Shown here: in pieces, positions 10,691 to 20,201 of the stretch
Layout: the number at the start of each line of letters is the position of its first letter
Numbering within the stretch: position 1 is the stretch's first letter
Assembly: GCA_038227875.1 (NCBI GenBank)
Contig: JBBRPR010000017.1
Location: 64,001-128,000, forward strand
Length of the DNA: 64,000 nt
Direction of reading: 5' to 3'
From: Planctomycetota bacterium
GTDB taxonomy: Bacteria; Planctomycetota; SZUA-567; H5-PLA8
Translations under genes and position numbers: made by a program
The notes under the pieces: generated by a model
The model's input: only the letters and a program-made list of their open reading frames with translations
What the model was told of the DNA's origin: nothing
The model's database searches: none

Positions 10691-10726
10691 AACAGACCTT
10701 TGTGCCTTTGGGCACAAAGGTCTGTT
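10691..10726. promoter_or_regulatory. Perfect 16-bp inverted repeat in a divergent intergenic region
   Basis: aacagacctttgtgcc-tttg-ggcacaaaggtctgtt; function inferred only from position. Confidence 0.5.
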
Positions 10727-10825
10727 AACACGCTGCACATGCGTTGAAAAAGCGTGGTGATCGGCTCTTCCCATGGATACCGGCGCACAGTATCGTAACG
10801 GGTCCAATCCTGTGGGGGGATTCAG

Positions 10826-13381
10826 ATGACCGTTCTCGTGACGTGCGCTGGTTGCGGCAAGAAGTACAAGGGTTCGCCGGGATCTAAAAAATTCAAATGT
10901 GGGTGCGGCAATCGCTTCACCTATCCCGACATGGCCAAAGCGCCGGCGCTGGGCCACGTGCTCTGTTCCAATTGCTGGACGGAAGTTCCCAGTACTGAAG
11001 ATTTGAAAGCCTGCCCAGCCTGCTCGCAGAAAATGTCCTCCCGCTTCAGCGGCCGCGCGATTTTGGAAGGCGCGGAGAGCGCCTCCACGGAACCCGACGC
11101 GCCGAAGGCTCCCGAACCTGCCGCCACGCCGCCGTCGACCGGGCCGGGTGTGCTGCCCGACGAGCCCCCCGAGAAACCGAAGACGAGCGAATCGCAGCGC
11201 GTCGAAGTCTTCCGCATGGATGCCGATCCGACGCCTCCTTCCGCGCACACGGATTCCGGCGACACGCTGGCTTCCGAAGGCCGCCAGGAACTGGAAGCGA
11301 CCATCGCCGACATGGCGCAGATGTTGAAGGTGACGCGCGACGCCAAGGACGCGGCGGTGAAGGAACGCGATGCGCAGCGCGATGCGCGGCGTGAACTGGA
11401 AGCGAAGATCGCGGAACTGCAGGCGCGGCTGGCGTCCGATGAGGCTGCCGAGAAGACCGCATCGAGTGCGCGCACCAAGCTCGCCGACGAGCGCCGTGAA
11501 CTGGAAGTGAAAGTCGCCGACCTGGAAGCGCGACTGGCCACCGATATCAAGGCCCGCGAAGCGGCGCTGCTGGAACGCGATGAAGTGGCGGAGATCCGCC
11601 GGCAGCTCGACGCCAAGGTCGCCGATCTGACCGCGCGCATCGAAGCCGACCGCCGCGCCGCGTCCGCCACGCCGGCGGCCCGCGACGAACTGCTCGAAGC
11701 CCGCCGCGATCTGGAAGCGAAAGTCGCCGAGCTGTCCACGCTGCTGAGTTCCGACAAGAAAGCGAAGGAGCAGCTGGTCAAGGAACGGACCGAACTGCTC
11801 GACCTGCGGCGTGAATTGGAAGCGCGGGTCGCGGAACTGTCGACGCGGCTCTCGTCGGGACTCACGGAACGGGAGACGGTTCAGAAGGAACGCGACAGCC
11901 TGTTCGATGCCCGGCGCGAGCTGGAAGCGCGCATGGCCGATCTGGAAGCGCGGTTGAAGAACGAACGGGAATCGAAGGACACGCTGGTCGGTGAGAAGAC
12001 GGAACTGACGGAAGCGCGCAAGGAACTGGAAGCGAAGCTCGCCGAAATGGCGACGCGCCTGGCCTCCGACCGCGGCGCGAAGGAAGCGGCGAACAAGAAG
12101 CGCAACGAGCTGACGCAACTCCGCCAGGAACTCGAAGCAAAAGTCGCGGACCTCGACGCGCGCCTGGCGTCCGACCGCAAGGCCAAAGAATCTCTGGTGC
12201 GCGAGCGCGACGGCCTGACCGACGCGCGCCGGGAACTGGAAGCGAAAGTCGCCGACCTGGAGACGCGCTTGAAGTCGGAGCGCGAATCGAAGGAGACGGC
12301 CTTCAAGCGGCGCGAAGAGTTGGTGGAGATCAAGAACGAACTGGAAGCGAAGACCGCCGATCTCGAATCGCGGCTGGCTTCGGAGACGGAAGCAAAGAAC
12401 ACCGCGCTGCATGACAAGGAGAAGCTCGCCGAGACCCGCAAGGAGCTCGACGCGAAGATCGCCGATTTGACGCGGCGGCTGGCCTCCGAGCGTGAATCCC
12501 GTGAAGCGGTCGTCACCGAGCGCGATGGACTGGCCGATGCGCGGCGCGAACTGGAAGCGAAAGTCGCGGACCTGCGCACGCGGCTGAAATCCGAGACCGA
12601 TGCGCGCGAAGCCGTGCGCCGCGAGCGCGATGAAGCCGTCGAGCGAGCGGATGCTTCGGACAGCAAGGCCGATCGTTTCGAAGCGGAGATGGGACGATTC
12701 CGCAAGGCGACGACCGACGCGCTGGAAACCCTGGCCGCCGATTACGACGCGGCGATCGAGCAGCTCACGGGCAGCGTGGTGGAATTGACCAGCCAGGTGC
12801 GCACCGCCAAGAAGCGGTTGGAAGAAGAGCACGCTCACGCCGGAAAGATCGAAACCGCGGCCGGCGACGTGCGCGCGAAGCTGGAGAAGCAGGGCAAGGA
12901 ACTCTCCGAGCGGATGACGCAACTGGTGGAAGCCGCCGCGGAAAAACCCGCAGAAGCGCCGCCGGAACCGAAGAAGGCTCCCGCAGCCGCCAAACCTGAA
13001 GCGCATGCGACCGCCAACGGCGCCGAAGTCGAGACGGCCGACGCAGCAGATGTAACTGAAAAGACTGAAGAAACGGAAGAGGTCGAGGAGGCAGAGGCTC
13101 CGAAGGAGCCCGTTGAGGCCGCTGCCGTGGAAAAAGTGGAGATGGACGCGTCCCACGCAGCCGCTTCCAGCCATGCCGAAACGGAAGATGCGGACGACGA
13201 CGATTCAGGCGAGGAAAAAACCGAAGCGCAGAAAGCCGATCGCGAGGCCGTGCGGCGCCTGCCGTTACGTGAGCAGCAGAAGCTTCGTTCGGACAAGGCC
13301 CCGGCGCATCCGCCGGGTGCGCAGACTCCCGGCGGCAAGGGCGTCTGGTCCCGGTTCTTTGGCGGACCGAAGAAGAAGTAA
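10826..13381 (+). CDS. Zinc-ribbon plus long repetitive coiled-coil protein with C-terminal amphipathic tail
   Basis: CAGC..CGC and CSNC..CPAC at the N-terminus; 13 x 35-aa repeats; acidic region; ends GGKGVWSRFFGGPKKK. Confidence 0.85.
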   Translation: MTVLVTCAGCGKKYKGSPGSKKFKCGCGNRFTYPDMAKAPALGHVLCSNCWTEVPSTEDLKACPACSQKMSSRFSGRAILEGAESASTEPDAPKAPEPAATPPSTGPGVLPDEPPEKPKTSESQRVEVFRMDADPTPPSAHTDSGDTLASEGRQELEATIADMAQMLKVTRDAKDAAVKERDAQRDARRELEAKIAELQARLASDEAAEKTASSARTKLADERRELEVKVADLEARLATDIKAREAALLERDEVAEIRRQLDAKVADLTARIEADRRAASATPAARDELLEARRDLEAKVAELSTLLSSDKKAKEQLVKERTELLDLRRELEARVAELSTRLSSGLTERETVQKERDSLFDARRELEARMADLEARLKNERESKDTLVGEKTELTEARKELEAKLAEMATRLASDRGAKEAANKKRNELTQLRQELEAKVADLDARLASDRKAKESLVRERDGLTDARRELEAKVADLETRLKSERESKETAFKRREELVEIKNELEAKTADLESRLASETEAKNTALHDKEKLAETRKELDAKIADLTRRLASERESREAVVTERDGLADARRELEAKVADLRTRLKSETDAREAVRRERDEAVERADASDSKADRFEAEMGRFRKATTDALETLAADYDAAIEQLTGSVVELTSQVRTAKKRLEEEHAHAGKIETAAGDVRAKLEKQGKELSERMTQLVEAAAEKPAEAPPEPKKAPAAAKPEAHATANGAEVETADAADVTEKTEETEEVEEAEAPKEPVEAAAVEKVEMDASHAAASSHAETEDADDDDSGEEKTEAQKADREAVRRLPLREQQKLRSDKAPAHPPGAQTPGGKGVWSRFFGGPKKK
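11279..12643 (+). repeat. Coding tandem repeat, 13 x 105 bp (35 aa)
   Basis: Consensus ARRELEAKVADLEARLASDRxAKExLVxERDxLxD, no indels between copies. Confidence 0.9.
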
Positions 13382-13533
13382 CTCTTTCTCCTGCCGATGC
13401 GATCCGCAGTCGCGGATCGCTGCTGGCATAAAACGTGCAATCTCCAAGCTATCCAGAGGAGCACCGGGCAAGGTCTGGCGCGGCTGCGTTGTATTTGGAC
13501 AGAACGTTGGACAGCGTGTGTACAGGAGGCGAG

Positions 13534-14583
13534 ATGAGGTACTTTCTAGCACTGATGGCAGTGGTCCTTTCCGTGCGTTGCGTAGTGGCGGCGGAGGTAG
13601 CCTCTCTGGTTGACGATCTGGCCGACGACAAAAAGCGCGCGGTGGCGATTGCTGAAATTCTGAAGATGGGCCCGGCGGCGGAATCGGCTCTCGAACAGAT
13701 CGATCTGGCGGGGAAGGTGAACGAGCGACAGTTGACGATTGTGCGGCGGCTGCTCGGTGAGATTCAGATCAATCGCTCCGAATTGAAACCGGTGGATACA
13801 AGCCATTTGAAGCCGTTCGGGATCAAAAAGGACAATCCTGGCGACCCGACGATCCTGCTCGATCCCGATGAGGCCGCACGCGCCAGGCATCGGACCATTG
13901 TACTGAGCGCCGAAATCGCGCACGAACACGGGGTGCTCGAGTATGCCGTCGTCTGCAAGGATTCGCCGAAAGGGCAGGACTCGCCCAAATTGCATGAAGC
14001 GATCATCGCCATTGACGCGGTGCCGCAGGACGTCTTCGTGGCGTTGCTGGTCTGCGGATACGCGGATGCAGGAGCGATCAGTGAAGAAGGCGTGGTGCCG
14101 CTGGCGAAGGATTCCGGCGTGATGATGTCGGTGGAATTCGAATGGGAAACGCCCGATGCTCAAACCGGCGAGGCCGCTGATGACAACTTGCCGAAGCCGA
14201 ATGACAAACCTGTCCCCATCAAGAGGCTGGTGCGGGTGCCCATCGAGTATTTTGCGTTCAACCGGCAGACTGGAAAATGCATGAAGCGTGTCCCCTTTGC
14301 TTTCACCGGTTCGAAGACGGAGAAGAATCCCAAGAACGGGCGTCAGTATTTCCTGGCCGATCTGGAGAAAACGATTGCCGCCCTGCGTGTCGACGAGATC
14401 GCGGTGCTCAACTCGCCCTTGAACACCAGCACGGTCAATCCGAGGCACGCGAAGGGATACCAGATTAACGAGCGCTGCATTCCGCCCCAGCACTCACCGT
14501 GCAAGCTGGTCTTTGAACCGTACGACGGACCGGAACTCTCCGCGGCGGACCTTTCGGACACCGGCGAGGTCAAAAGCAAGTAA
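13534..14583 (+). CDS. Exported protein, probable YdjY-like domain
   Basis: Signal peptide; LEY..C...K.HEA, VFVALL..G and FAFTGS motifs; AGGAGG RBS before ATG 13534. Confidence 0.6.
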   Translation: MRYFLALMAVVLSVRCVVAAEVASLVDDLADDKKRAVAIAEILKMGPAAESALEQIDLAGKVNERQLTIVRRLLGEIQINRSELKPVDTSHLKPFGIKKDNPGDPTILLDPDEAARARHRTIVLSAEIAHEHGVLEYAVVCKDSPKGQDSPKLHEAIIAIDAVPQDVFVALLVCGYADAGAISEEGVVPLAKDSGVMMSVEFEWETPDAQTGEAADDNLPKPNDKPVPIKRLVRVPIEYFAFNRQTGKCMKRVPFAFTGSKTEKNPKNGRQYFLADLEKTIAALRVDEIAVLNSPLNTSTVNPRHAKGYQINERCIPPQHSPCKLVFEPYDGPELSAADLSDTGEVKSK

Positions 14584-14762
14584 CCCCGCCAGCGCTCCGC
14601 TTATCTAACTAAAGTGAGAACCATCGGCGCGATGAAAAGCCCCTATTTGTCGCGGGGTATATTCATCGTGACACGATTTTATAAAATTCATGTAAACAGT
14701 TGCAGGACAAGACTCCCAGATTAAAACGGAGCGCCACAACTGAACCCAAGGAATCCGATCCG

Positions 14763-17700
14763 ATGAACCGCATTTTTGTGATTCTGATTACCGCATTTGC
14801 AGTGTCCACCGTCCAAGCGGCAAATCTGGACACGGTGGCCGATCGGGTACTGGGGCAGGCGAATTTCACGACGACTGCCGTCGGTGCTTCCGCCACGCAG
14901 ATCAGCACGGCATACGGATTGGGCGTCGACCGGCGCACGGGCCGCATCTATGTGGCAGACACGACCAACAACCGCGTTTTGAGCTGGCTGAACGCGGCGA
15001 CATTCACCAACGGCCAGGCGGCCGACAAGGTCTTCGGGCAGCCGAATTTTACCGCGGTTGCGAGCAACAATGGCGGCGTCAGCGCGTCGTCGCTGAGCGG
15101 CCCGCGCGGCGTGGCGGTGGACGACAATAGCAATCTCTATGTCGCCGACACGAACAACAATCGCATTCTCGTTTACCGCAATCCCAATACACAGGACAAC
15201 GTCGCCGATTTTGTGATCGGGCAGACCTTGTTCACCACGGTCACGTCCGGAACTTCGAGCACGAAACTTTTCGGACCGCGCGGAATCGCCATCGATTCCT
15301 CGAACAACCTTTACGTGGCGGATACCCAGAACAACCGCGTGCTGGAGTTCGACACGCCGCTGGGCACCGATGCGGTCGCCAACCGCGTGTTTGGCCAGCT
15401 GAACAGCTTTACGTCGAACTTCACGAATAACATCGGCGGCGCCAATGGCACGCCGACCAGCACCAATCTGAACAGTCCGTTCGGCGTGGGCGTTGATTCG
15501 CAGTCCAATGTCTACATTGCCGATACCTCCAACAACCGCGTGCTGGTCTACACCACGCCGTTGACGACCGATGTCACGGCGGACTTTGTTCTCGGCCAGA
15601 CGGTTTTCACGGCGGCGGGGACAGGCATCACCTCGACGACCTTGAATGGACCCTACCGCCTGGTCGTCGACAGCGCGGACAACCTGTACGTTTGCGACGT
15701 GAACAACAACCGCGTGCTGGAATACAATACGCCGATCTTCACGAACGGCCAGGCCGCCAACAAGGTCTTCGGCCAAACTAACTTCACCAACAATCTGGCT
15801 AACCAGGGTGGCACGCCCACGGCGAGCACCGTCAGCTCGCCGTACGACGTGGCCGTCGATAGCGCTAACAACGTCTACATCATGGATACGGGCAACTTCC
15901 GCATCCTGGGTTACGACCTTCCCGTGGCCAATACGTTTCCGACACAGAATTCGCTCTTTCCTTCGGTGATTGCGGCGGGGAGTGCTTCGTTTCTGCTGCG
16001 CGTGGACGGGGCGGGATTTGTGCAGAGCTCTTTCGTGCTGGTCAACGGTTCGGCGCGTCCCACTTCCTTTATCAACCCCACCCGGATCGAGGCCGCCTTA
16101 ACCGCAGCGGACATTGCCACGGGCAGCACGGCCACCATTACGGTGTCGACGCCAGTGCCGGGCGGCGGCACGTCGCAGTTGCAGAACCTGCAGATCTACA
16201 CGCGCGCGAATCTCGATACGACCGCCGACCGCATCGTGGGCCAGCCAGACTTCAATACCAAAACCGCCAACACCGGAGGCATCACCGCGCGCAGTCTGAA
16301 CGGCATCGTGGACATGGCCGTCGATCCGAAGAGCGGGCGATTCTGGGCCGCCGACTCCTTGAATAACCGCGTGCTGAGTTGGCCGAGTGCCGCGGCCATT
16401 ACAAACGGCCAGCCGGCCGATATCGTGCTCGGTCAACCGGATTTCAGTTCGAAGATTCCCAATTTCGGCGGCGCGGGAAGCACGCCGACGGCCAGCAATC
16501 TCAATGCGCCCAGCGGGATTGTGGTGGACAGCGTGGGTAATCTTTATGTGTCGGATACGGGCAATCACCGCGTGCTGCTGTACTCCACCCCGATTGTCTC
16601 CGGGCAGGCCGCGTCGAAGGTTTTCGGTCAGACTAATTTTACGTCCGGATCGGCGAACGCGGGCGGCACCGTCGCGGCCAACTCGCTGTTTTCGCCCTTT
16701 GGCGTGGCGCTGGATTCCGTCGGGAATCTGTACGTTTCAGATTACCAGAACAATCGCGTGGTGGTTTACTTCGCTCCATTGACCGGCGACACGACCGCTG
16801 ATTTCGTCTTCGGGCAGGGCGGTTCGTTTATCACGAACACGGCGAACAAGGGAACTCTGGCTACCAACGGCGCGTCGTGTTTGAACGGTCCGGTCTCCGT
16901 GGCGCTGGACAGCCAGGACAATGTCTACATCAGCGACTTCGGAAACAGCCGCGTGCTGGAATACAACACGCCGTTGACCACCGACTCCGTGGCCGACCGG
17001 GTCATCGGACAGAACAACGATTTCACCAGCGCCGTTTCCAATCTGGGCGGAGTGAGTGCCTCGTCGCTGGGCGGTCCGTATGGCGTGGCGGTGACCTTCG
17101 CTGGTGACCTGTACGTGGCCGATTACAACAACAACCGCGTACTGGAATACGATACGCCACTGACCACCGACCTGGTCGCCGACCGTGTCTTTGGCCAGGG
17201 CGGTTCCTTCTCAAACGCGTTTATAAACAACGGTGGAGTGAGCAAGAACAGCCTTAACCATCCGCGCGCCGCGTCCCTGGATTCCAGCGGCAACCTGTAC
17301 CTCAGCGACAACTTTAACAACCGCATCTTGATGTACGACAAACCGACGAACAAGACGCCCGTGGTGGTCTCGGCAGCGATGGCCACGCCGGCGGCGCAGT
17401 TTGTGGGACTGCCGGTGATGTTCACGACGTTCAACACCGATCCCGACGGCGATCCGCTGACGTATACGTGGAGCTTCGGCGATGGCGGGTCGGGGACCGG
17501 AGCGGCGCTGTCTCACATTTACGCGGCGCCCGGCACGTTCATGGCCACGGTAACGGTCAGCGATGGATTTGGCGGTCAGACGACCGGGAATGTGCAAGTG
17601 GTCATCACCGCGCCGGATTTCCCGGCCTTCACCAGTCTGGCCGTTGCATCGGGACCCGTCGGGGTCGCGTTCAACTTTCAAATTTCTGCCACGGGCACGA

Positions 17701-18461
17701 CGCCGATCACCTATGGAATTTCCGCGCTGCCACCGGGTCTGACGAGCAGCGGGACCACGATCAGCGGTACGCCGACGGTGGCGGGAAGTTATCCGATCAA
17801 CGTCACGGCGACGAACGTGGCCGGCACGGCTTCGCAGACGCTGACGATCGTGATCACCGGCGACGGGGTCAGCAATTCCAGTGTCGACAGCGATGGCGAC
17901 GGATTTTCGGATGAAGTGGAGACGGCGCTGGGACTCGACCCGAAGAATCCCAGCGATACACCATTTGGAGGCGCGCCCGCGGGCACGCCGGAATCGCTGT
18001 TCGTCACCAACCTGATCATCGGCGTCAACTTCGCCAAGGCCGGTAGCGACAGTCTTCAACTGGCCGGTGTACTGAACGTCCCGGCGGGATTTACACTTTC
18101 CGGAGCCAAGGTTGTCGTGGATGTCGGCGGAGTAGTGCGCAACTTCACGCTGGATTCTAAGGGCTCTACGCCGAAGGGAAATGACACATTAAAGCTGAGC
18201 GTAAAGTCCGTCAAAGGCGTCGTCGCGGGCCAGGCGTCGAAGTTCACGATTCGCTTCACGAAGGGCAGTTGGCAGGGGCTGTTGACCGATGAAGGCCTGA
18301 CCAACGACAACGCCACGGGCGTACCGAAGACCGTTCCCGTTGTGATCCTGTTCAACAAGAAAGTCTTCAAAGCCGACGTCGCGCAGCTGTACACGGCCAA
18401 GAAAGGCGCATCGGGAAAGACGAAGCTGCCAGCGACCGGCGCAGCGATTCCGGGGCGCTAG
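14763..18461 (+). CDS. Secreted modular protein: two NHL beta-propellers, IPT/TIG-like, PKD, Ig-like (He_PIG), DxDxDG Ca-binding motif, conserved C-terminal domain
   Basis: Signal peptide ending VQA; repeated L.GP.GVAVD..NLYVADT.NNRVL and AD.VFGQ..F; PKD YTWSFGDG..HIYAAPG; LPPGLT....ISGTPT; DSDGDGFSDEVE. Confidence 0.88.
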   Translation: MNRIFVILITAFAVSTVQAANLDTVADRVLGQANFTTTAVGASATQISTAYGLGVDRRTGRIYVADTTNNRVLSWLNAATFTNGQAADKVFGQPNFTAVASNNGGVSASSLSGPRGVAVDDNSNLYVADTNNNRILVYRNPNTQDNVADFVIGQTLFTTVTSGTSSTKLFGPRGIAIDSSNNLYVADTQNNRVLEFDTPLGTDAVANRVFGQLNSFTSNFTNNIGGANGTPTSTNLNSPFGVGVDSQSNVYIADTSNNRVLVYTTPLTTDVTADFVLGQTVFTAAGTGITSTTLNGPYRLVVDSADNLYVCDVNNNRVLEYNTPIFTNGQAANKVFGQTNFTNNLANQGGTPTASTVSSPYDVAVDSANNVYIMDTGNFRILGYDLPVANTFPTQNSLFPSVIAAGSASFLLRVDGAGFVQSSFVLVNGSARPTSFINPTRIEAALTAADIATGSTATITVSTPVPGGGTSQLQNLQIYTRANLDTTADRIVGQPDFNTKTANTGGITARSLNGIVDMAVDPKSGRFWAADSLNNRVLSWPSAAAITNGQPADIVLGQPDFSSKIPNFGGAGSTPTASNLNAPSGIVVDSVGNLYVSDTGNHRVLLYSTPIVSGQAASKVFGQTNFTSGSANAGGTVAANSLFSPFGVALDSVGNLYVSDYQNNRVVVYFAPLTGDTTADFVFGQGGSFITNTANKGTLATNGASCLNGPVSVALDSQDNVYISDFGNSRVLEYNTPLTTDSVADRVIGQNNDFTSAVSNLGGVSASSLGGPYGVAVTFAGDLYVADYNNNRVLEYDTPLTTDLVADRVFGQGGSFSNAFINNGGVSKNSLNHPRAASLDSSGNLYLSDNFNNRILMYDKPTNKTPVVVSAAMATPAAQFVGLPVMFTTFNTDPDGDPLTYTWSFGDGGSGTGAALSHIYAAPGTFMATVTVSDGFGGQTTGNVQVVITAPDFPAFTSLAVASGPVGVAFNFQISATGTTPITYGISALPPGLTSSGTTISGTPTVAGSYPINVTATNVAGTASQTLTIVITGDGVSNSSVDSDGDGFSDEVETALGLDPKNPSDTPFGGAPAGTPESLFVTNLIIGVNFAKAGSDSLQLAGVLNVPAGFTLSGAKVVVDVGGVVRNFTLDSKGSTPKGNDTLKLSVKSVKGVVAGQASKFTIRFTKGSWQGLLTDEGLTNDNATGVPKTVPVVILFNKKVFKADVAQLYTAKKGASGKTKLPATGAAIPGR

Positions 18462-18507
18462 GCGTGTGCGGGGCGTTTTGTGAGAGCGGCGCGTTTAGTT
18501 TCGCCCA

Positions 18508-18583
18508 CTCAGTCCGGCTAAAAGTGGTCGGTGAATGTCAATCAACCCGCATGCTGTTACCGACCACTTTTCGCCGGATTGAG
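18508..18583. repeat. 25-bp imperfect inverted repeat with 26-nt loop
   Basis: ctcagtccggctaaaagtggtcggt ... accgaccacttttcgccggattgag (one mismatch, one G-U). Confidence 0.75.
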
Positions 18584-18703
18584 AATGAACTCGAATGGAA
18601 TGTCCAAGCCCAACTGAGGCTTCACACGGGGTAGAACTGCTAATGCTTTGCATTGCAAAGTTTTTCCGTTGACTTCGTTCTTTTGGACGTTAATTTCTTC
18701 GCC

Positions 18704-19540
18704 ATGAGTTCAATCAAGATGACTCCCAAACTGGCCGCGGCGGTCGCCAAGGCGCTGCGCTGGCCGGTGATTTCGAAGCCGACCGACGACGCGCGCATGC
18801 CCCGGCACGTCGCGATCATCATGGACGGCAACGGACGCTGGGCGACGCGGCGCGGCATGGTGCGCATCAACGGGCATCAGGCCGGCGTCGACGCGGTGCG
18901 CGCGGTGACGCGCTACTGCGGACAGGTTCACGTCACGGCGCTGACGCTCTATGCGTTCAGTACCGAAAACTGGAAACGGCCGAGCGCCGAAATCCGATTT
19001 CTCTTCCGCCTGCTCAAGAAGTACCTCGTGGATGAACGTCCGGAACTGATCGCCAACGGCGTGCGGCTGACGACGATCGGCAACATCGCCGGCTTGCCTG
19101 AAGATGTGCAGGCGGAACTGGCGATCACCCGGGAACTCACCGCGCAGAACACCGGATTGAATCTCTGCCTGGCGCTCAATTATGGCGCGCAGGACGAACT
19201 GGCCGCCACGGCGCTGGCGCTGGCCCAGCGTGCGGCAGCGGGAGAAATTGAAGCGGGCGCGATCACCGACGCGGCGTTTCAGGACAATCTTTTCACCTCG
19301 GGAATGCCGCCGCTGGATCTGCTGATCCGCACGGCCGGCGAGCGGCGGCTGAGCAACTTTCTGCTCTGGCAGGCGTGCGGCGCGGAATTCTATTCGACGC
19401 CCGTGTGCTGGCCGGAATTCCGGCACGGCGATCTGGAAGCAGCGATGATCGATTTCTCGCGGCGCGCGCGGTTCTCGGCATTCGGCGCGCTGACGCGCGA
19501 GAGCCAGGGGTCAGAGATGGGTGTGGGCAAGGTGGGGTAG
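18704..19540 (+). CDS. uppS: Undecaprenyl-diphosphate synthase (cis-isoprenyl transferase)
   Basis: PRHVAIIMDGNGRWA, YAFSTENWKRP, ALNYG, DLLIRTAGERRLSNFLLWQ. Confidence 0.95.
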   Translation: MSSIKMTPKLAAAVAKALRWPVISKPTDDARMPRHVAIIMDGNGRWATRRGMVRINGHQAGVDAVRAVTRYCGQVHVTALTLYAFSTENWKRPSAEIRFLFRLLKKYLVDERPELIANGVRLTTIGNIAGLPEDVQAELAITRELTAQNTGLNLCLALNYGAQDELAATALALAQRAAAGEIEAGAITDAAFQDNLFTSGMPPLDLLIRTAGERRLSNFLLWQACGAEFYSTPVCWPEFRHGDLEAAMIDFSRRARFSAFGALTRESQGSEMGVGKVG

Positions 19541-19558
19541 AATGCCAGGCGCGGTCGT

Positions 19559-20029
19559 TTAGCTCTTCTTCTTTGGCGTCGCTTTTTCGGACTTCAACAC
19601 CGTCGTTCCATCCTGACTGACTTTCACCACAATATCGTTATCGCGCGCTTTCACGCCGACCACGTAAACGGTCTGGCCGCCGCGGGTGCTCAACCATGCG
19701 TCGATTAAACGGGCGCTGGGGTAGGTGTCCTTGATCGTGTCTTTCACGGTCTTGGGCAGGTCGGGCAACTTCACTTCCTGCTGCTCGGCGACCACTTCGC
19801 CCAGGTCGGTGATCTCAATTTCAAAGCGGGTGCCTTTGGCGTCTTCGAATTCGACGGTGAAGTTGCTCTCCTGCGCCTTGGCCTTCGACACGCGCATCGT
19901 TTTGTGCACGCAGTCTTTGTATTTCTCGTTGAAGACCCGTTGCGCGGCGGCCGGGAGGTCCACGTCATCGGCGCGCAGCGTGGGCGCCAGGCAGAGTAAC
20001 ATCACAAAAACAACCAACGTGGTGCGCAT
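19559..20029 (-). CDS. Exported PepSY-like (BLIP-like) two-repeat protein
   Basis: Signal peptide; LPAAAQRVFNEKY and LPKTVKDTIKDTYP repeats with EIEITDLG and VKVSQDG ends; GGAGG RBS. Confidence 0.7.
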   Translation of the reverse strand: MRTTLVVFVMLLCLAPTLRADDVDLPAAAQRVFNEKYKDCVHKTMRVSKAKAQESNFTVEFEDAKGTRFEIEITDLGEVVAEQQEVKLPDLPKTVKDTIKDTYPSARLIDAWLSTRGGQTVYVVGVKARDNDIVVKVSQDGTTVLKSEKATPKKKS

Positions 20030-20201
20030 AGGGCCCTCCATCCGCTACGGCTCTGAGTAGAGTGTGCTCTATATACGCGTCCGTGAGACATGGTTTGGTG
20101 GAAAAATATTCAAATATTCGCCGGCGCAGCGCGATCTGAGCCTCAAACGCCCCAAGCAATAGCATTGGTCATTTTTCATCAAGATGACCGATAACTCAGT
20201 C

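Noticed and set aside
10589..13174. 861-aa minus-strand repetitive ORF
   Set aside because: Antisense shadow of the coiled-coil gene; its repeats mirror the plus-strand repeats
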